A stretch of 64,000 bases of DNA. Source: a virus. The stretch is taken from the IMG/VR virus record IMGVR_UViG_3300045988_183746; one strand, 5' to 3'. The notes below the pieces were generated by a model. The model did not search any database, had not been told where the DNA came from, and worked only from the letters and a program-made list of their open reading frames with translations. The position numbers and the translations under genes are program-made. The stretch's first letter is position 1, and the number at the start of each line of letters is the position of its first letter. Of the stretch, positions 1 to 9,971 are shown in pieces.

Positions 1-188
1 ATCGCTGTTTGTGCTATAGTTTGTTGTACTCATGATATCAATATATAACTATTTATATGCAAATATAACGATAATTATCCATATATAGATATATAATTCC
101 TCTTTTTAGCTTCCATCTGTCTTTTCTACCGTTTTCAGGTATTCATATTCTCTCCTGTTAGGCTTTCCTGTCCGTCACCGCATAGGTT

Positions 189-2157
189 GTCGAGTAAGTG
201 GAGGGAATTTCACCCTCCCTTCTCTCGGAACCGTGCTTGACAGTCTCCCATCACACGGCTCTTCGTACTTAACTCTTTTGTTTATTAATTAATATTCTTT
301 ATTAACCTAGACGTGGATAGGGTACAAATCCCTTCGCCCAGTGTGAAAACTCATTTCTGTTATGTACCGCATACTCTACAAGCCATTCATACGCTCTACT
401 AAACTTCTTACCCTTGGAGAAGCGCTTATACTTACGCATCACCCATCGGGTTAGTCGCTCATTAATGTAATTCAACACCTTACGGAACTCAGACCTACCA
501 AACTTCATATAGTAGTTCATCCATCCACTAATCTGCGTATCAACCTCATTGCTTATGTCTAGCAGGCAAGCAAAAGTCTTACGATTCAGTTTCCAAGCCC
601 TTACAGCTTCTTTAATCCTTTTCAACGACTTCTTGCTTATTGCAGGGAGAAAAGCAGTAAAGTTTTGACCCGTCTTTCTGTTTCTTGCACTTCTAGGTCT
701 GAAGGTAAAGCCAAGGAAGTCAAAGGAAGTATGCTCCGAGTCACCTCTTCGATTACTATCCTTACAATAGACTATCTTTGTCTTTTCTTCATTCAATTTC
801 AATCCACACTCCTCAAAGCGTTTCATTAGAACAGCTTTCAAGAACTGGGCTTGCTTCTCCGATACGCAGTGACAGATGGTGTCATCAGCATAACGCTCGA
901 ACGGAATCGTTGGATAGTTACGCGACATCCATTCATCAAAGACATAATGAAGGAACAAGTTTGCCAAAACCGGACCTATCACAGAACCTTGGGGAACTCC
1001 CATCGTTCGCTCTATCACTTCACCCTTCGATGTCTGATAGGGAACTTTGAGCCACCGCTCAATGTATAGAAGTACCCATTTCTCCTCTGTATGCTTGCGG
1101 ACAGCCTTCATCAGCAAATCATGATTGATTGTGTCGAAGAACTTACTGATGTCCATATCAAGCACCCAGGGGTTCACATAGCAGCGCTCCTTAGCCTTGG
1201 CTATGGCTTGGTGCGCTCCCTTACCTGGACGATAGCCGTAGGAATCTTCCTTGAAGATAGGTTCGAGAATAGGAGTCAGTACTGATACTACTACCTGCTG
1301 CGCTATTCTATCTTCAATCGTTGGTATGCCCAAAGGGCGAGTACCCCCATTGGATTTTGGTATTTCTACCAGCTTCACCGCTTTGGGAAAGTAGCAACCG
1401 GAACTCATGCGATTCCATATCTTATAAAGGTTCTTGGACATTTCTTTATCAAATGTCTTTTGGTCAACCTTATCGATACCCGCACTACCCTTGTTTTCTT
1501 TCACCTTGTGGTAAGCTTCCCACACCAATCGCTTGTCTATTACAAAAGGTTTTGCCTCGTTCATTGTTTCATCCTCAATTTCTTAAGTTGGACTTTAAAT
1601 TTGGCTAAGCACGCTACCCCCTTCACTCCATCCCCATTACAGAGACTTCAACACTACTACGAGGTAGTCCGCCACAGACATGGACATCGGTACTTTCTGC
1701 CTTGCGTGTCACGGCTCTCGGCATTTTCCCTTGGCATTCCATGCCTATTTCTCCTGTTCCTCTAAAGAGCCCATGTCAAGTTCATGCCACCTTTACACCG
1801 CACACCCAGCAGACAGTAAACAGGTTTCCTCTGCCATTATCCCAAGATTCAATAAACACCTTGGTTCTGATGTGACTTGCTAAATTTGCTAACGATGCTT
1901 CATCAATGGTTCACTTGCGTTCATCTCCTTGACACATACCTTGCCAACCTTACGGAAGACTTTCAATTGTCGTTCACTACCCATCAGTTTCCATCAGAGC
2001 AGCACAAAGTGGTTTGCAATCAGCACCTGCATGCCGAATGCGGTGGGTCTGCCACCATCTCTTTAGAAGTTACGACAGAAGTCTATCAAATATAGCCAAT
2101 ATCAGACTTCATTCTGTCTCAGGACACACTTATCGGTGCAAATATGGGCTGTCGCAC
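189..2157 (-). mobile_element. Group II intron (complete; ORF in domain IV, domains V and VI recognisable)
   Basis: Minus-strand 5' end reads GTGCGACAG (rc of plus 2149-2157), matching the GUGYG intron 5' consensus. Domain V-like GAGCCGTGTGATGGGAGACTGTCAAGCACGGTTC lies at rc of plus 228-261. Domain VI hairpin with a bulged A follows (rc of plus ~191-226) and the intron ends ...CGAC at plus 189. The IEP ORF lies between domains. Confidence 0.72.
302..1564 (-). CDS. Group II intron-encoded reverse transcriptase/maturase (no obvious endonuclease domain)
   Basis: 420 aa with RT motifs GGTRPLGIP, FFDTINHDLL and YADD, followed by a maturase/X domain; typical bacterial group II IEP. Confidence 0.93.
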   Translation of the reverse strand: MNEAKPFVIDKRLVWEAYHKVKENKGSAGIDKVDQKTFDKEMSKNLYKIWNRMSSGCYFPKAVKLVEIPKSNGGTRPLGIPTIEDRIAQQVVVSVLTPILEPIFKEDSYGYRPGKGAHQAIAKAKERCYVNPWVLDMDISKFFDTINHDLLMKAVRKHTEEKWVLLYIERWLKVPYQTSKGEVIERTMGVPQGSVIGPVLANLFLHYVFDEWMSRNYPTIPFERYADDTICHCVSEKQAQFLKAVLMKRFEECGLKLNEEKTKIVYCKDSNRRGDSEHTSFDFLGFTFRPRSARNRKTGQNFTAFLPAISKKSLKRIKEAVRAWKLNRKTFACLLDISNEVDTQISGWMNYYMKFGRSEFRKVLNYINERLTRWVMRKYKRFSKGKKFSRAYEWLVEYAVHNRNEFSHWAKGFVPYPRLG

Positions 2158-2230
2158 CTGATTCCGTCGTTTTGAAGTATATTTCTTGCAAATTCTTCCT
2201 TCTGCGAAGTGTAATTGGTAATATACTGTA

Positions 2231-2266
2231 AAACGGCATCTGAATTGTCTCTGGTGCCGTTTTTTT
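2231..2266 (+). terminator. Putative rho-independent terminator (stem AAACGGCA/TGCCGTTT plus T-run)
   Basis: 8-bp perfect stem with a 16-nt loop followed by TTTTTTT; lies about 75 nt from the intron 5' end. Confidence 0.4.
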
Positions 2267-2476
2267 CAATCCTAATGTTTTCTAGTCTGTCAGGTTGCCC
2301 ACAAAGCCCGACCACGAGCTTTTCCCCGTCCTATATGCCAATACTAAGTGGGTCGAAGGGAATAACTAATTACGATTGATGAATTGTTCCTGTGAAATGC
2401 TAAAATGGAAAAGTATGAACCCTCTATTCAAGTGAGTGTATCTATCTATGTATTATAACATTAGAGCAAATACAGA

Positions 2477-2484
2477 TATCTTTG
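2477..2484 (+). promoter_or_regulatory. Bacteroidota -7 promoter element TATCTTTG upstream of 2529 gene
   Basis: TAnnTTTG consensus about 45 nt upstream of the ATG. Confidence 0.5.
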
Positions 2485-2528
2485 TATCAGAGAATTAAAG
2501 AGATATGTAACCAATAGACCTAAAGAAT

Positions 2529-4313
2529 ATGGAATATATGAGACCCTTATTTGAGAATATGACTACCGATGTAAACCAATCAGCAAAAATCGGAGATTAC
2601 GGTATCCATATTGGTGGTGCACGCAAGGAGCAAGTAACCGGCAGAAGTACCAAAACGTCGGATAAAGAAGGACTGGTAAAATTTACACACCCATTCTGGC
2701 TGCCTGTGGGTTATATGGTTGATCATCTGGATCATGTAAAAGTTAATCCGTACTACGAAGAATGTTCAAACCGCAACAAGGTCGGTGATGGGAAATATTG
2801 CATTATCTACCGGAAAGGCAGATATGACCGTATTATCAAATTCGGCTATACTGACATGACAGAAGCCGTGAATGCTCTTCCGACCGAATTTGTTGATTCG
2901 GTAATAAAAATAGGTGAGTCTGAAGGGGCTTACTATCTTTATAAGATCTTGAAAACTGCCAAGGAGAGATTGACAGTCAAGTCCGGATTTGCCACAGCAG
3001 AAGAGGCAAGGCAATATCGGGCTGAGAATGCGCTTTCTTTGCTTGAATTCAAGTTCGTCGCACCGGAGTTGCCGCATCTGAAATCAATCGAGCGTACCGG
3101 AACAGATTACCGCAATGGTAAGAACATTACCGCAAAAGATCTTTGCGATATATTCGGATTTCCCGGCATTGAATTTGGGAATTGGCTGACACAAAAGGAA
3201 CGTCAGGCGGTGCTGAATTATGCTTTTGACGCATTTATGGATTTGGCACACGTCACCGGACTGCCCTACCGTGCCATGAGTTTTAACGGATTGTTGGCAG
3301 CTGCGTTCGGAAGCCGTGGCAAAGCAAATGCGTTGGCTCATTTTGAATCAGGCAGATATGTTTTCAACCTGTCAAGACTGAAAGGCGCAGGCTCCTTGGC
3401 GCATGAGTGGTTTCACGCATTGGATAATTTCGTAGGGGCATCCGCTGAAGGTATCCGGCTTTCAAGAAACGCCAAAGGGCTTATCTATGGTAATGAATCG
3501 GGTATTTTTGCTACCGACAGATATAAGACCGAATGCGATGAAAACTGGAAAGCTGTAGTAACTGAATTCACGTCACTTAGAGACATCATGCGCTTCCGTA
3601 TGACAGAAGTTGACATGAATGAGACAGGCGAAATAGCCCAATTACAGAAACAGGCCGATAGATATCAGAGAATCGTGAAAGAACGCGGGGAGTCTATTCT
3701 GAATGAGCTGAAAGCAGATCACAGCAAATATTACAGACGTGGCGGGAAATCGGCTACTCCGGAGCAGTTGGCAGAGACAGAAGCAATCCTGCAAGAGATC
3801 TATGCAGGGAATCAGGGTGCAGAGTGTATCCATCCAAACCGCTCATTGTATCAACATGCGTGGTATTACCGTTCTTACGAGCAAGTGGAGAAACTTGCAA
3901 AGGTGGTCAAGGCTGTCCGTAATACGGATTACTTTGGAGATAACAAGATGATGTCGAATTTCTCAAACGCTATTTTCTGGAGAGAAAAGACCAAATCAGA
4001 AATTTCCCAAAAGAGCGAGCAAAAGACAGAGGTCAGAAGGGTAAGCACTGATTATTATAGTAACTCCCGTCAGATAGACAGATATCGTACATCCCCATAT
4101 TGGGCAACAACAATCGAGATGGCGGCACGTGCGTTTGGCGCATATGTTCAGGATCGTTTGGAAGAAAAGGACAACAAATCTCAATATCTGGTGCACAGTC
4201 ATCGCGATAAAGAGGGCAGCGAGTTGAAGGCATACCCAAGCGGTGAAGAAAGAGCTACCATAAACGCTCATTTCGACCATTTGTTTAAGCAGGTGAGAGA
4301 GTTGTTTGAGTGA
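2529..4313 (+). CDS. Zincin-like metallopeptidase domain protein (HExxH), possibly anti-restriction/polyvalent-protein-associated
   Basis: 594-aa ORF containing LAHEWFHALDNF (HExxH) in a helical context; no signal peptide; a promoter motif lies upstream. Confidence 0.6.
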   Translation: MEYMRPLFENMTTDVNQSAKIGDYGIHIGGARKEQVTGRSTKTSDKEGLVKFTHPFWLPVGYMVDHLDHVKVNPYYEECSNRNKVGDGKYCIIYRKGRYDRIIKFGYTDMTEAVNALPTEFVDSVIKIGESEGAYYLYKILKTAKERLTVKSGFATAEEARQYRAENALSLLEFKFVAPELPHLKSIERTGTDYRNGKNITAKDLCDIFGFPGIEFGNWLTQKERQAVLNYAFDAFMDLAHVTGLPYRAMSFNGLLAAAFGSRGKANALAHFESGRYVFNLSRLKGAGSLAHEWFHALDNFVGASAEGIRLSRNAKGLIYGNESGIFATDRYKTECDENWKAVVTEFTSLRDIMRFRMTEVDMNETGEIAQLQKQADRYQRIVKERGESILNELKADHSKYYRRGGKSATPEQLAETEAILQEIYAGNQGAECIHPNRSLYQHAWYYRSYEQVEKLAKVVKAVRNTDYFGDNKMMSNFSNAIFWREKTKSEISQKSEQKTEVRRVSTDYYSNSRQIDRYRTSPYWATTIEMAARAFGAYVQDRLEEKDNKSQYLVHSHRDKEGSELKAYPSGEERATINAHFDHLFKQVRELFE

Positions 4314-4366
4314 GGTCTAAGCATCCGGCACGGTTAATAGCCGTGTCGGTGTTCCCAGTTGTGTCC

Positions 4367-4390
4367 GGACCCCGACCATCGGGCTCCTAT
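4367..4390 (+). terminator. Hairpin element GGACCCCGACCATCGGGCTCC-TAT (family 2 palindromic element) downstream of the zincin gene
   Basis: Near-identical to the element at 53066-53089 and similar to the one at 51270-51293. Confidence 0.45.
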
Positions 4391-4514
4391 GTGTTAGTGC
4401 CTGGTGCGCTTCAATGAGAGAGTCTGGGTTACCACTGTGTGATATTACACCTAATATTCTGTTTGTCATATTGTTATAAATGAGTAAATTTGTATAGATA
4501 AAAAATCAAATAGT

Positions 4515-5108
4515 ATGGATTTAAAAAATATAGCAGCAAATTTTAATTCATTCAGCAGGTTACTGGACGATGAAATCCGGTCAAGAATTCCTGAAAGTGG
4601 CCAGATTGATATTGAACCGGAAGATAAATGTGTGTTCCACGATGATAATGACGATCGTCCGGAACACAGAATCGTCAAAGCCGTTTTTTTATCATCAGAC
4701 GGCACCGGTTACGGACTGATAACAGAGGACGAGTATTGCCGTGAAGCAACGGTCTGCAGTGCGGAGTGTTGTTTGTCCATTGATGACAAATACAACATCC
4801 TGAGAGCGGTAGATGATAAAACCAAACCATATGGAAAAACCCAAAAGCCAATGGTATGTCTGGGGGTCGTTGTTGGCAGACCGATTAATGGTATCTCCCT
4901 GAATGGACTTGAATATTTGCTTGACGAGGATGGAGAAATCGAGATTTTTCCGTCACTTGAAGAAGCACATCAGGTACTGATAAACGGTGGAGTCTGGGAA
5001 GAGGATTTGGACGAATTTGAATACCGAAAGGTCATGGAGTGTCCCAATTGCAAACAACGGACATTCGTCCACCTGAATGAGAATGTAACAGGATGTACAG
5101 ACTGTTAA
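4515..5108 (+). CDS. Hypothetical protein with C-terminal CxxC...CxxC zinc-ribbon
   Basis: 197-aa ORF ending in CPNCKQRTFVHLNENVTGCTDC. Confidence 0.55.
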   Translation: MDLKNIAANFNSFSRLLDDEIRSRIPESGQIDIEPEDKCVFHDDNDDRPEHRIVKAVFLSSDGTGYGLITEDEYCREATVCSAECCLSIDDKYNILRAVDDKTKPYGKTQKPMVCLGVVVGRPINGISLNGLEYLLDEDGEIEIFPSLEEAHQVLINGGVWEEDLDEFEYRKVMECPNCKQRTFVHLNENVTGCTDC

Positions 5109-5118
5109 TCCCAAGGCT

Positions 5119-5313
5119 ATGAACAAAAAGGAACAACTCAAATTTGTACATCGATATGTGAAAGGAATCACATGTCAGGTGATTGAACAGACCAGGACTG
5201 GATTCCGGGTAGTGGAAACGACTTTGGTTCACGGACGGAGAATAATCAAAGAAAAAGTGTTTGACAATATGGATTTTGACCCGGAATTTGGCTGTTGGGT
5301 CAAAGTGGAGTAA
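5119..5313 (+). CDS. Hypothetical small protein
   Basis: 64-aa ORF immediately downstream on the same strand. Confidence 0.35.
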   Translation: MNKKEQLKFVHRYVKGITCQVIEQTRTGFRVVETTLVHGRRIIKEKVFDNMDFDPEFGCWVKVE

Positions 5314-5510
5314 GATATACAATAATGCATGAAGTAAATGCCTGATTCTTTGGCTATTTCAATATGGATATATAATTTTGTGGTATAAATAAAACCGACT
5401 ATGGACAAATAGTCAGAAATAACTCATTACACGCTAAATGCCTAACTTGCATTGTGTTTTCAAAACAACACTGAGATATATAACATATTATTAATTAAAA
5501 CCTTAATCAA

Positions 5511-6938
5511 ATGGATGTAACTTTTGTATCCGTAGCTGTATTGCTACTTTTGTTGTTGTTGTTTGCTTCTTATGTCAAGACTTCACCGAACATCGCCATG
5601 GTGATTTCAGGATTAACCAAAAAGCCCCGATATTTGGTGGGAAAAGGTGGATTCCGTGTACCGTTCCTCGAAAAGACAGACAAACTGTATCTGGGGCAGG
5701 TTACTGTGGACATCAAGACCAAGGAGGCTATTCCCACAAACGACTTCATCAATGTGAAAATCGACGCTGTAGCCAAAGTGCAGGTTGATATGTCCGATGA
5801 AACCTTTGTCTGTGCCATTAAAAACTTCCTGAACGTCGGTCCGGCAATCATTGCACAAGAAGTTCAGGATACCTTTGAAGGTAACTTACGTGAATCTGTG
5901 GGAGCAGTTTGTCTGAAAGAGTTGAATGTGGATCGGGATGCCTTCTCTGATCAGGTTCTTGCCAAAGCAACGAAAGACTTGTCTACCCTTGGTCTGAAAG
6001 TGCTTTCCTGTAATATCCAGAACATCAGCGACGAGAATGGATTGATCAAGGCCTTGGGTGCAGATAACACTTGGAAAATCCGTCAGGATGCCGCCATCAC
6101 CAAAGCAAATGCCGAGAAAGCCATCGCTATTGCAGAAGCCAATGCAGCTCAAGAAGCCAACGATGTAAGAGTATTAAGCGAGACAGCTATCGCCGAGAAA
6201 AACAATAGTCTGGAGATTCGAAAAGCCGAACTGCAAAAGTCTGCTGACACCAAAAAGGCAGAAGCGGATGCTGCTTACGAAATACAGAAACAGGAGCAAC
6301 AGGCAACCATTTACCAAAAGACCATCAATGCTGAAATCGAGAAAACCCAACGTGAACAGGTTCTTTCTCAAGAGAAAATCAAAATCAAGGAGAATGAACT
6401 GACTGCCGAAGTGAACAAACAGGCAGATGCACATAAATACGAGGTGGAGAAAAAAGCAGAAGCGGAGCGATACGAAGCGGAACAAAAGGCACAGGCAGAA
6501 GCAGCCAAATATGCCAAATTACAGGAAGCCGAAGGTATCCGTACCGTCGGTGAAGCCAACGCATCAGCCGCACAAGCCATGTTTATCGCAGAAGCGGAAG
6601 GTCTGGAGAAGAAAGCTGATGCTTATGAACGATTCGGGCAGGCTGCCATTCTGGACATGGTTGTTAAGATTCTGCCACAGGTCGCAGCCGAAGTTGCCAA
6701 ACCGATTTCTTCCATCGACAGCGTAAATATCTACGATGGTGGTGTGGACAGAGTTTCCGGAAACGTCCCTGTTGTACTCAAACAGACATTCGACACAATT
6801 GAGTCGGCTACAGGCGTAAACCTAACTGACATTGTTCGCGCTAAGACCATCACTGCCAAGACAGACCGTAATATCAACATTTCTGGAGACTTGATTGGAG
6901 GTCGTAAAGAAACAGCGGAAGAAGAACCACATAATTGA
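5511..6938 (+). CDS. Flotillin-like / SPFH (band 7) domain membrane protein
   Basis: N-terminal TM helix (VAVLLLLLLLFASYV), an SPFH-like region, then a long Ala/Glu/Lys-rich coiled-coil (AEKAIAIAEANAAQEAN...) typical of bacterial flotillins (YqiK/FloT-like). Confidence 0.8.
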   Translation: MDVTFVSVAVLLLLLLLFASYVKTSPNIAMVISGLTKKPRYLVGKGGFRVPFLEKTDKLYLGQVTVDIKTKEAIPTNDFINVKIDAVAKVQVDMSDETFVCAIKNFLNVGPAIIAQEVQDTFEGNLRESVGAVCLKELNVDRDAFSDQVLAKATKDLSTLGLKVLSCNIQNISDENGLIKALGADNTWKIRQDAAITKANAEKAIAIAEANAAQEANDVRVLSETAIAEKNNSLEIRKAELQKSADTKKAEADAAYEIQKQEQQATIYQKTINAEIEKTQREQVLSQEKIKIKENELTAEVNKQADAHKYEVEKKAEAERYEAEQKAQAEAAKYAKLQEAEGIRTVGEANASAAQAMFIAEAEGLEKKADAYERFGQAAILDMVVKILPQVAAEVAKPISSIDSVNIYDGGVDRVSGNVPVVLKQTFDTIESATGVNLTDIVRAKTITAKTDRNINISGDLIGGRKETAEEEPHN

Positions 6939-7244
6939 TAGACTAGTTAACCCTCTCCTAATTTCATTAAGGTTTCATTCCTGAAATGGGATGCTGGAAT
7001 ACATATATGCCGGACAACTGGATGTGCAATGTTGTCCGGCATATTTGTTATCAGAGACCTACAAAAGGTCTCTTCTGTAGCCCGGATGTACAACACGGAA
7101 TACACCTTGGCTTTTATTTTTGTCTAATGTAGAATGACGGGGAGTACAACAATAAAATACATGCACGCTATATTGGAAAAGTTCGTTCTGTGCCGTCTTC
7201 AGGATTCATTCCTGGATGCGCGATAGATATAGGGATAGATTTTG

Positions 7245-7252
7245 TATCTTTG
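7245..7252 (+). promoter_or_regulatory. Bacteroidota -7 promoter element TATCTTTG
   Basis: TAnnTTTG motif 37 nt upstream of the ATG at 7289. Confidence 0.45.
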
Positions 7253-7288
7253 TAATAAAGATAGACAACTGATAATCAACATTTAATT

Positions 7289-7666
7289 ATGAATAGACCA
7301 GATGAAATACTAAAAGAAATCGCCAATGTGATTTGGGAACAGATATGGGCATCTACCGAATGGAATGTTGTCGGTTCATGGGGGACTAATAAGTTGGCTT
7401 ACACAGAAATTCAGGATTACCCAGCTCTGACGTTTCTTGTAAGAGGAATAAAATTCCAAGGACGTGTATTCGTTGCTTTGGATGAAAGTAACGATACTTA
7501 CAAACTCTTCCTTATGAAAGAGGAGGGTGAGGAGCCCCAGTTGGTATGCGAAACAATCAACTGCGACCAGTTGGGAGAAATTATTGACCAATATGTCGAA
7601 TCAGGAGATGATGAAGATGAATATCAGGCATCTCTTGCCAAAATTTTGGAAGATCTGATAATGTGA
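7289..7666 (+). CDS. Hypothetical acidic protein
   Basis: 125-aa ORF with a strongly acidic C-terminus (ESGDDEDEYQASLAKILEDLIM). Confidence 0.55.
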   Translation: MNRPDEILKEIANVIWEQIWASTEWNVVGSWGTNKLAYTEIQDYPALTFLVRGIKFQGRVFVALDESNDTYKLFLMKEEGEEPQLVCETINCDQLGEIIDQYVESGDDEDEYQASLAKILEDLIM

Positions 7667-7682
7667 TTAACAACAAATATTT

Positions 7683-7883
7683 TTGAATATGAGAAAGAAA
7701 ACTGTAACGCTTACCGTCAAGCTGACGGTAGAAGTAAAAGACGGATATGACGAGATGAATGCCGAAGAACTGGAAGGCGTTCTGCAAGATATGGATTACC
7801 GGTTCACCCCGTCGGACGAACATCAGGCATCCGGAATCTCATTCAACGAGATGGAAACAGAAATTACGGATTGGGAATATTAG
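7683..7883 (+). CDS. Hypothetical small acidic protein
   Basis: 66-aa ORF rich in D/E. Confidence 0.4.
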   Translation: MNMRKKTVTLTVKLTVEVKDGYDEMNAEELEGVLQDMDYRFTPSDEHQASGISFNEMETEITDWEY

Positions 7884-8412
7884 AGTACAACAATGAAATT
7901 TGCAAAATGTAAGACACCAAAGAAGCTCATTAGTTCGCTCTACTCTCCTACCATGAGGAAAGAGCCGGCTAATCCGTTGGAAACTCCTTCGGCTGTGTTC
8001 TGGAGGCAGATGTGCAGAAAATACCTGCCAATATCCCATTGCAATCCAAGATTTCAAGGGAGAGGCTTGCATGAGTTCATAGATCGTAGGTATCGTAGAT
8101 GCTGCCGATACCAACGCGAGCAGCGCGTTGTGCTGACAGACGAACGCTTTGGCAGACTTATCGGAGAGATAGTCGAGATACAATCCTGTTGGAGTTATTT
8201 TGAATTAAGAATTCGTGTTTCGCAAGGTAGGTTCAAAAACATGGCACTTAAAGTCGGCAAAGATGTCACCGAAATTCGGTTGGCAAAGCCTACCCCCCTC
8301 TCCCCTACTTTGTTCTGAGCATTTCCTTGGTTACCGTGGAAATGCCATAGATCGGAAACGCACCTACGTTTCTTATTCAGAAGAAGATAATAACAATCAA
8401 AACTTAACAATC

Positions 8413-8850
8413 ATGTCAAAGAATAAAGAGAATCCTGTGAAACTTGATTTGGAACGTTTCGAACAGCTGTACCCGAATGAGGAAGCCTGTGTCAAAGTGC
8501 TGGAAACCCATCTTTGGGATGGAGTGCTCCGGTCGCCTGTTGACGGGAATACCAGAGTGATCCGCATTAAAGGCAACCCAGGTTTTTATCGGGACCTTAA
8601 ACATAGACGAAATTTCAGTATTAGAAAAGGAACGGTGTTTGAGGACAGCTAGTTGAAACTGAAAGTATGGTTCCGCGCAATTCACGAGTTCTGTATTTCC
8701 CCGAACGGCATAACCTCATACGATCTGGCGCGTTGCTGTGGTGTAACGCAAAAAACTGGGTGGTATATGAAAAGGCGTATAGTAAAGAACCTCGAACAGT
8801 GCCGCAAAATACTGACGTATGGCTATAATGGGAATGCGCAGGTTGAATAA
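8413..8850 (+). pseudogene. IS1595-family transposase remnant (N-terminal zinc-ribbon/HTH part only; in-frame TAG at 8650-8652; DDE domain absent)
   Basis: Reads ...RNFSIRKGTVFEDS*LKLKVWFRAIHEFCISPNGITSYDLARCCGVTQKTGWYMKRRI, matching the IS1595 N-terminal region (TGTIFE..KLPL.KWF.AI.L.....KGIS...L.R.LGVTQKTAW). The Cys ligands are degenerate and the ORF stops after 65 more codons. Confidence 0.7.
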
Positions 8851-8932
8851 TACAATCTAATCTCTTGAATTATAATTGGTTGAAAAGACAAATCTTCGTA
8901 TCTTTGAGTATTGAAATTAAAACCTATGAAAT

Positions 8933-9709
8933 ATGAACAAAGCGATTTTCATCCCCGACTCATGGGGCATTCCAAAGAACATTGGCACTACCGAACTGGT
9001 AAGACAAGTACAGGAAAAGCGATCTCTCAATAGAAAAGACCACGAGATCGCACTTGAATGCTGGCTTACTGATTTGAATGCTAAGTCGAAGCAGACATCG
9101 GATAATAAGTGGATCTGTTTCTTCGATACGGTAAGCCACTTCACAGAATTGATTCGTGAAGCCAACGACCTGTTGTATAAACAGCCTGTAGGGTTCAAGG
9201 TGGTCTTTAACGAGGCTGACGAAATTGCCTCCTTGGTGCAGATGGACGAAGGCTTCCTGTACAAGGTCGGCAAGGACTTCGGCATCACGACCGATTTGAC
9301 ATCGGTAGTCCGCAAGCTGGAAGAATATGTCTGCAAGGCAGACATTCGGGTGCTGGACATTATAACCACAACCGCCATGCCGGACGATTTTCTTTTTGAC
9401 ATTCATATGTTTGCAGAGGAAATGGAAATCAAGATGCTGAACCATGTCTTTGAAAAGCACCAGCAAGACGGCAAGATGTCGCTCATAGATGCGGAACGTA
9501 ATGTGGGCGAGGACGATTTGCTCAGACTGGCCGTCCTGTCCGGGCTGGACTTTGAATCATTCAGCATTGAGTCCATAGAGAGGGAAAAAGACTTTTTCTT
9601 CTTTTGCGGAAAAACTGAATGCAGCAAGGCGATTCGGGTGGGCTACGATTTAATGCCCCCGAAAGGTATCTCGTACCTGATTGAATGGTTCTACCAACAC
9701 AATTTCTAA
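8933..9709 (+). CDS. Hypothetical protein
   Basis: 258-aa ORF with a promoter motif at 8899-8906. Confidence 0.6.
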   Translation: MNKAIFIPDSWGIPKNIGTTELVRQVQEKRSLNRKDHEIALECWLTDLNAKSKQTSDNKWICFFDTVSHFTELIREANDLLYKQPVGFKVVFNEADEIASLVQMDEGFLYKVGKDFGITTDLTSVVRKLEEYVCKADIRVLDIITTTAMPDDFLFDIHMFAEEMEIKMLNHVFEKHQQDGKMSLIDAERNVGEDDLLRLAVLSGLDFESFSIESIEREKDFFFFCGKTECSKAIRVGYDLMPPKGISYLIEWFYQHNF

Positions 9710-9785
9710 ATCATCGGATATGGGGATGGCTCAGCCGGTTGTTCCCTATCCAAATTCATAAACCATAAATTGTTAGCTTGTAGAT

Positions 9786-9971
9786 ATGAAAAAGTTCGAT
9801 TTTATTAAACCCGGGAGAAAGGTTTTTTGGCGTGATCCGGATCATGGAATTTCCAGTGGAGAATATGAGGTTGTATCGGTTCCGGAGGTGATTGAAAAGG
9901 ACAGCGTTATCATGATTGCATCAGAGTTTTCAGAAGCGGAAGTCTATCCCAGTGAGTTGCAACCCACATAA
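9786..9971 (+). CDS. Hypothetical small protein
   Basis: 61-aa ORF. Confidence 0.4.
   Translation: MKKFDFIKPGRKVFWRDPDHGISSGEYEVVSVPEVIEKDSVIMIASEFSEAEVYPSELQPT

Noticed and set aside
2231-2266. Class-C-style group II intron insertion right after a terminator hairpin
   Set aside because: The terminator-like hairpin is about 75 nt from the intron 5' end and oriented for the opposite strand; class C introns insert within a few nt of the stem, so no such inference is made.
2130-2315. 61-aa minus-strand ORF
   Set aside because: It crosses the group II intron 5' boundary (2157), so it cannot be a real exon-encoded protein.
2766-3077. Numerous antisense or nested ORFs inside large genes (e.g. 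2766..3077, 25608..26198, 40283..40663, 52490..52786)
   Set aside because: Fully contained within longer, motif-supported genes on the opposite strand or another frame; typical spurious ORFs.
7839-8318. ORFs 7893..8318 (+) and 7839..8183 (-)
   Set aside because: Arg/Cys-rich low-complexity translations with no promoter motif and mutually overlapping; probably non-coding DNA, possibly decayed IS sequence flanking the IS1595 remnant.
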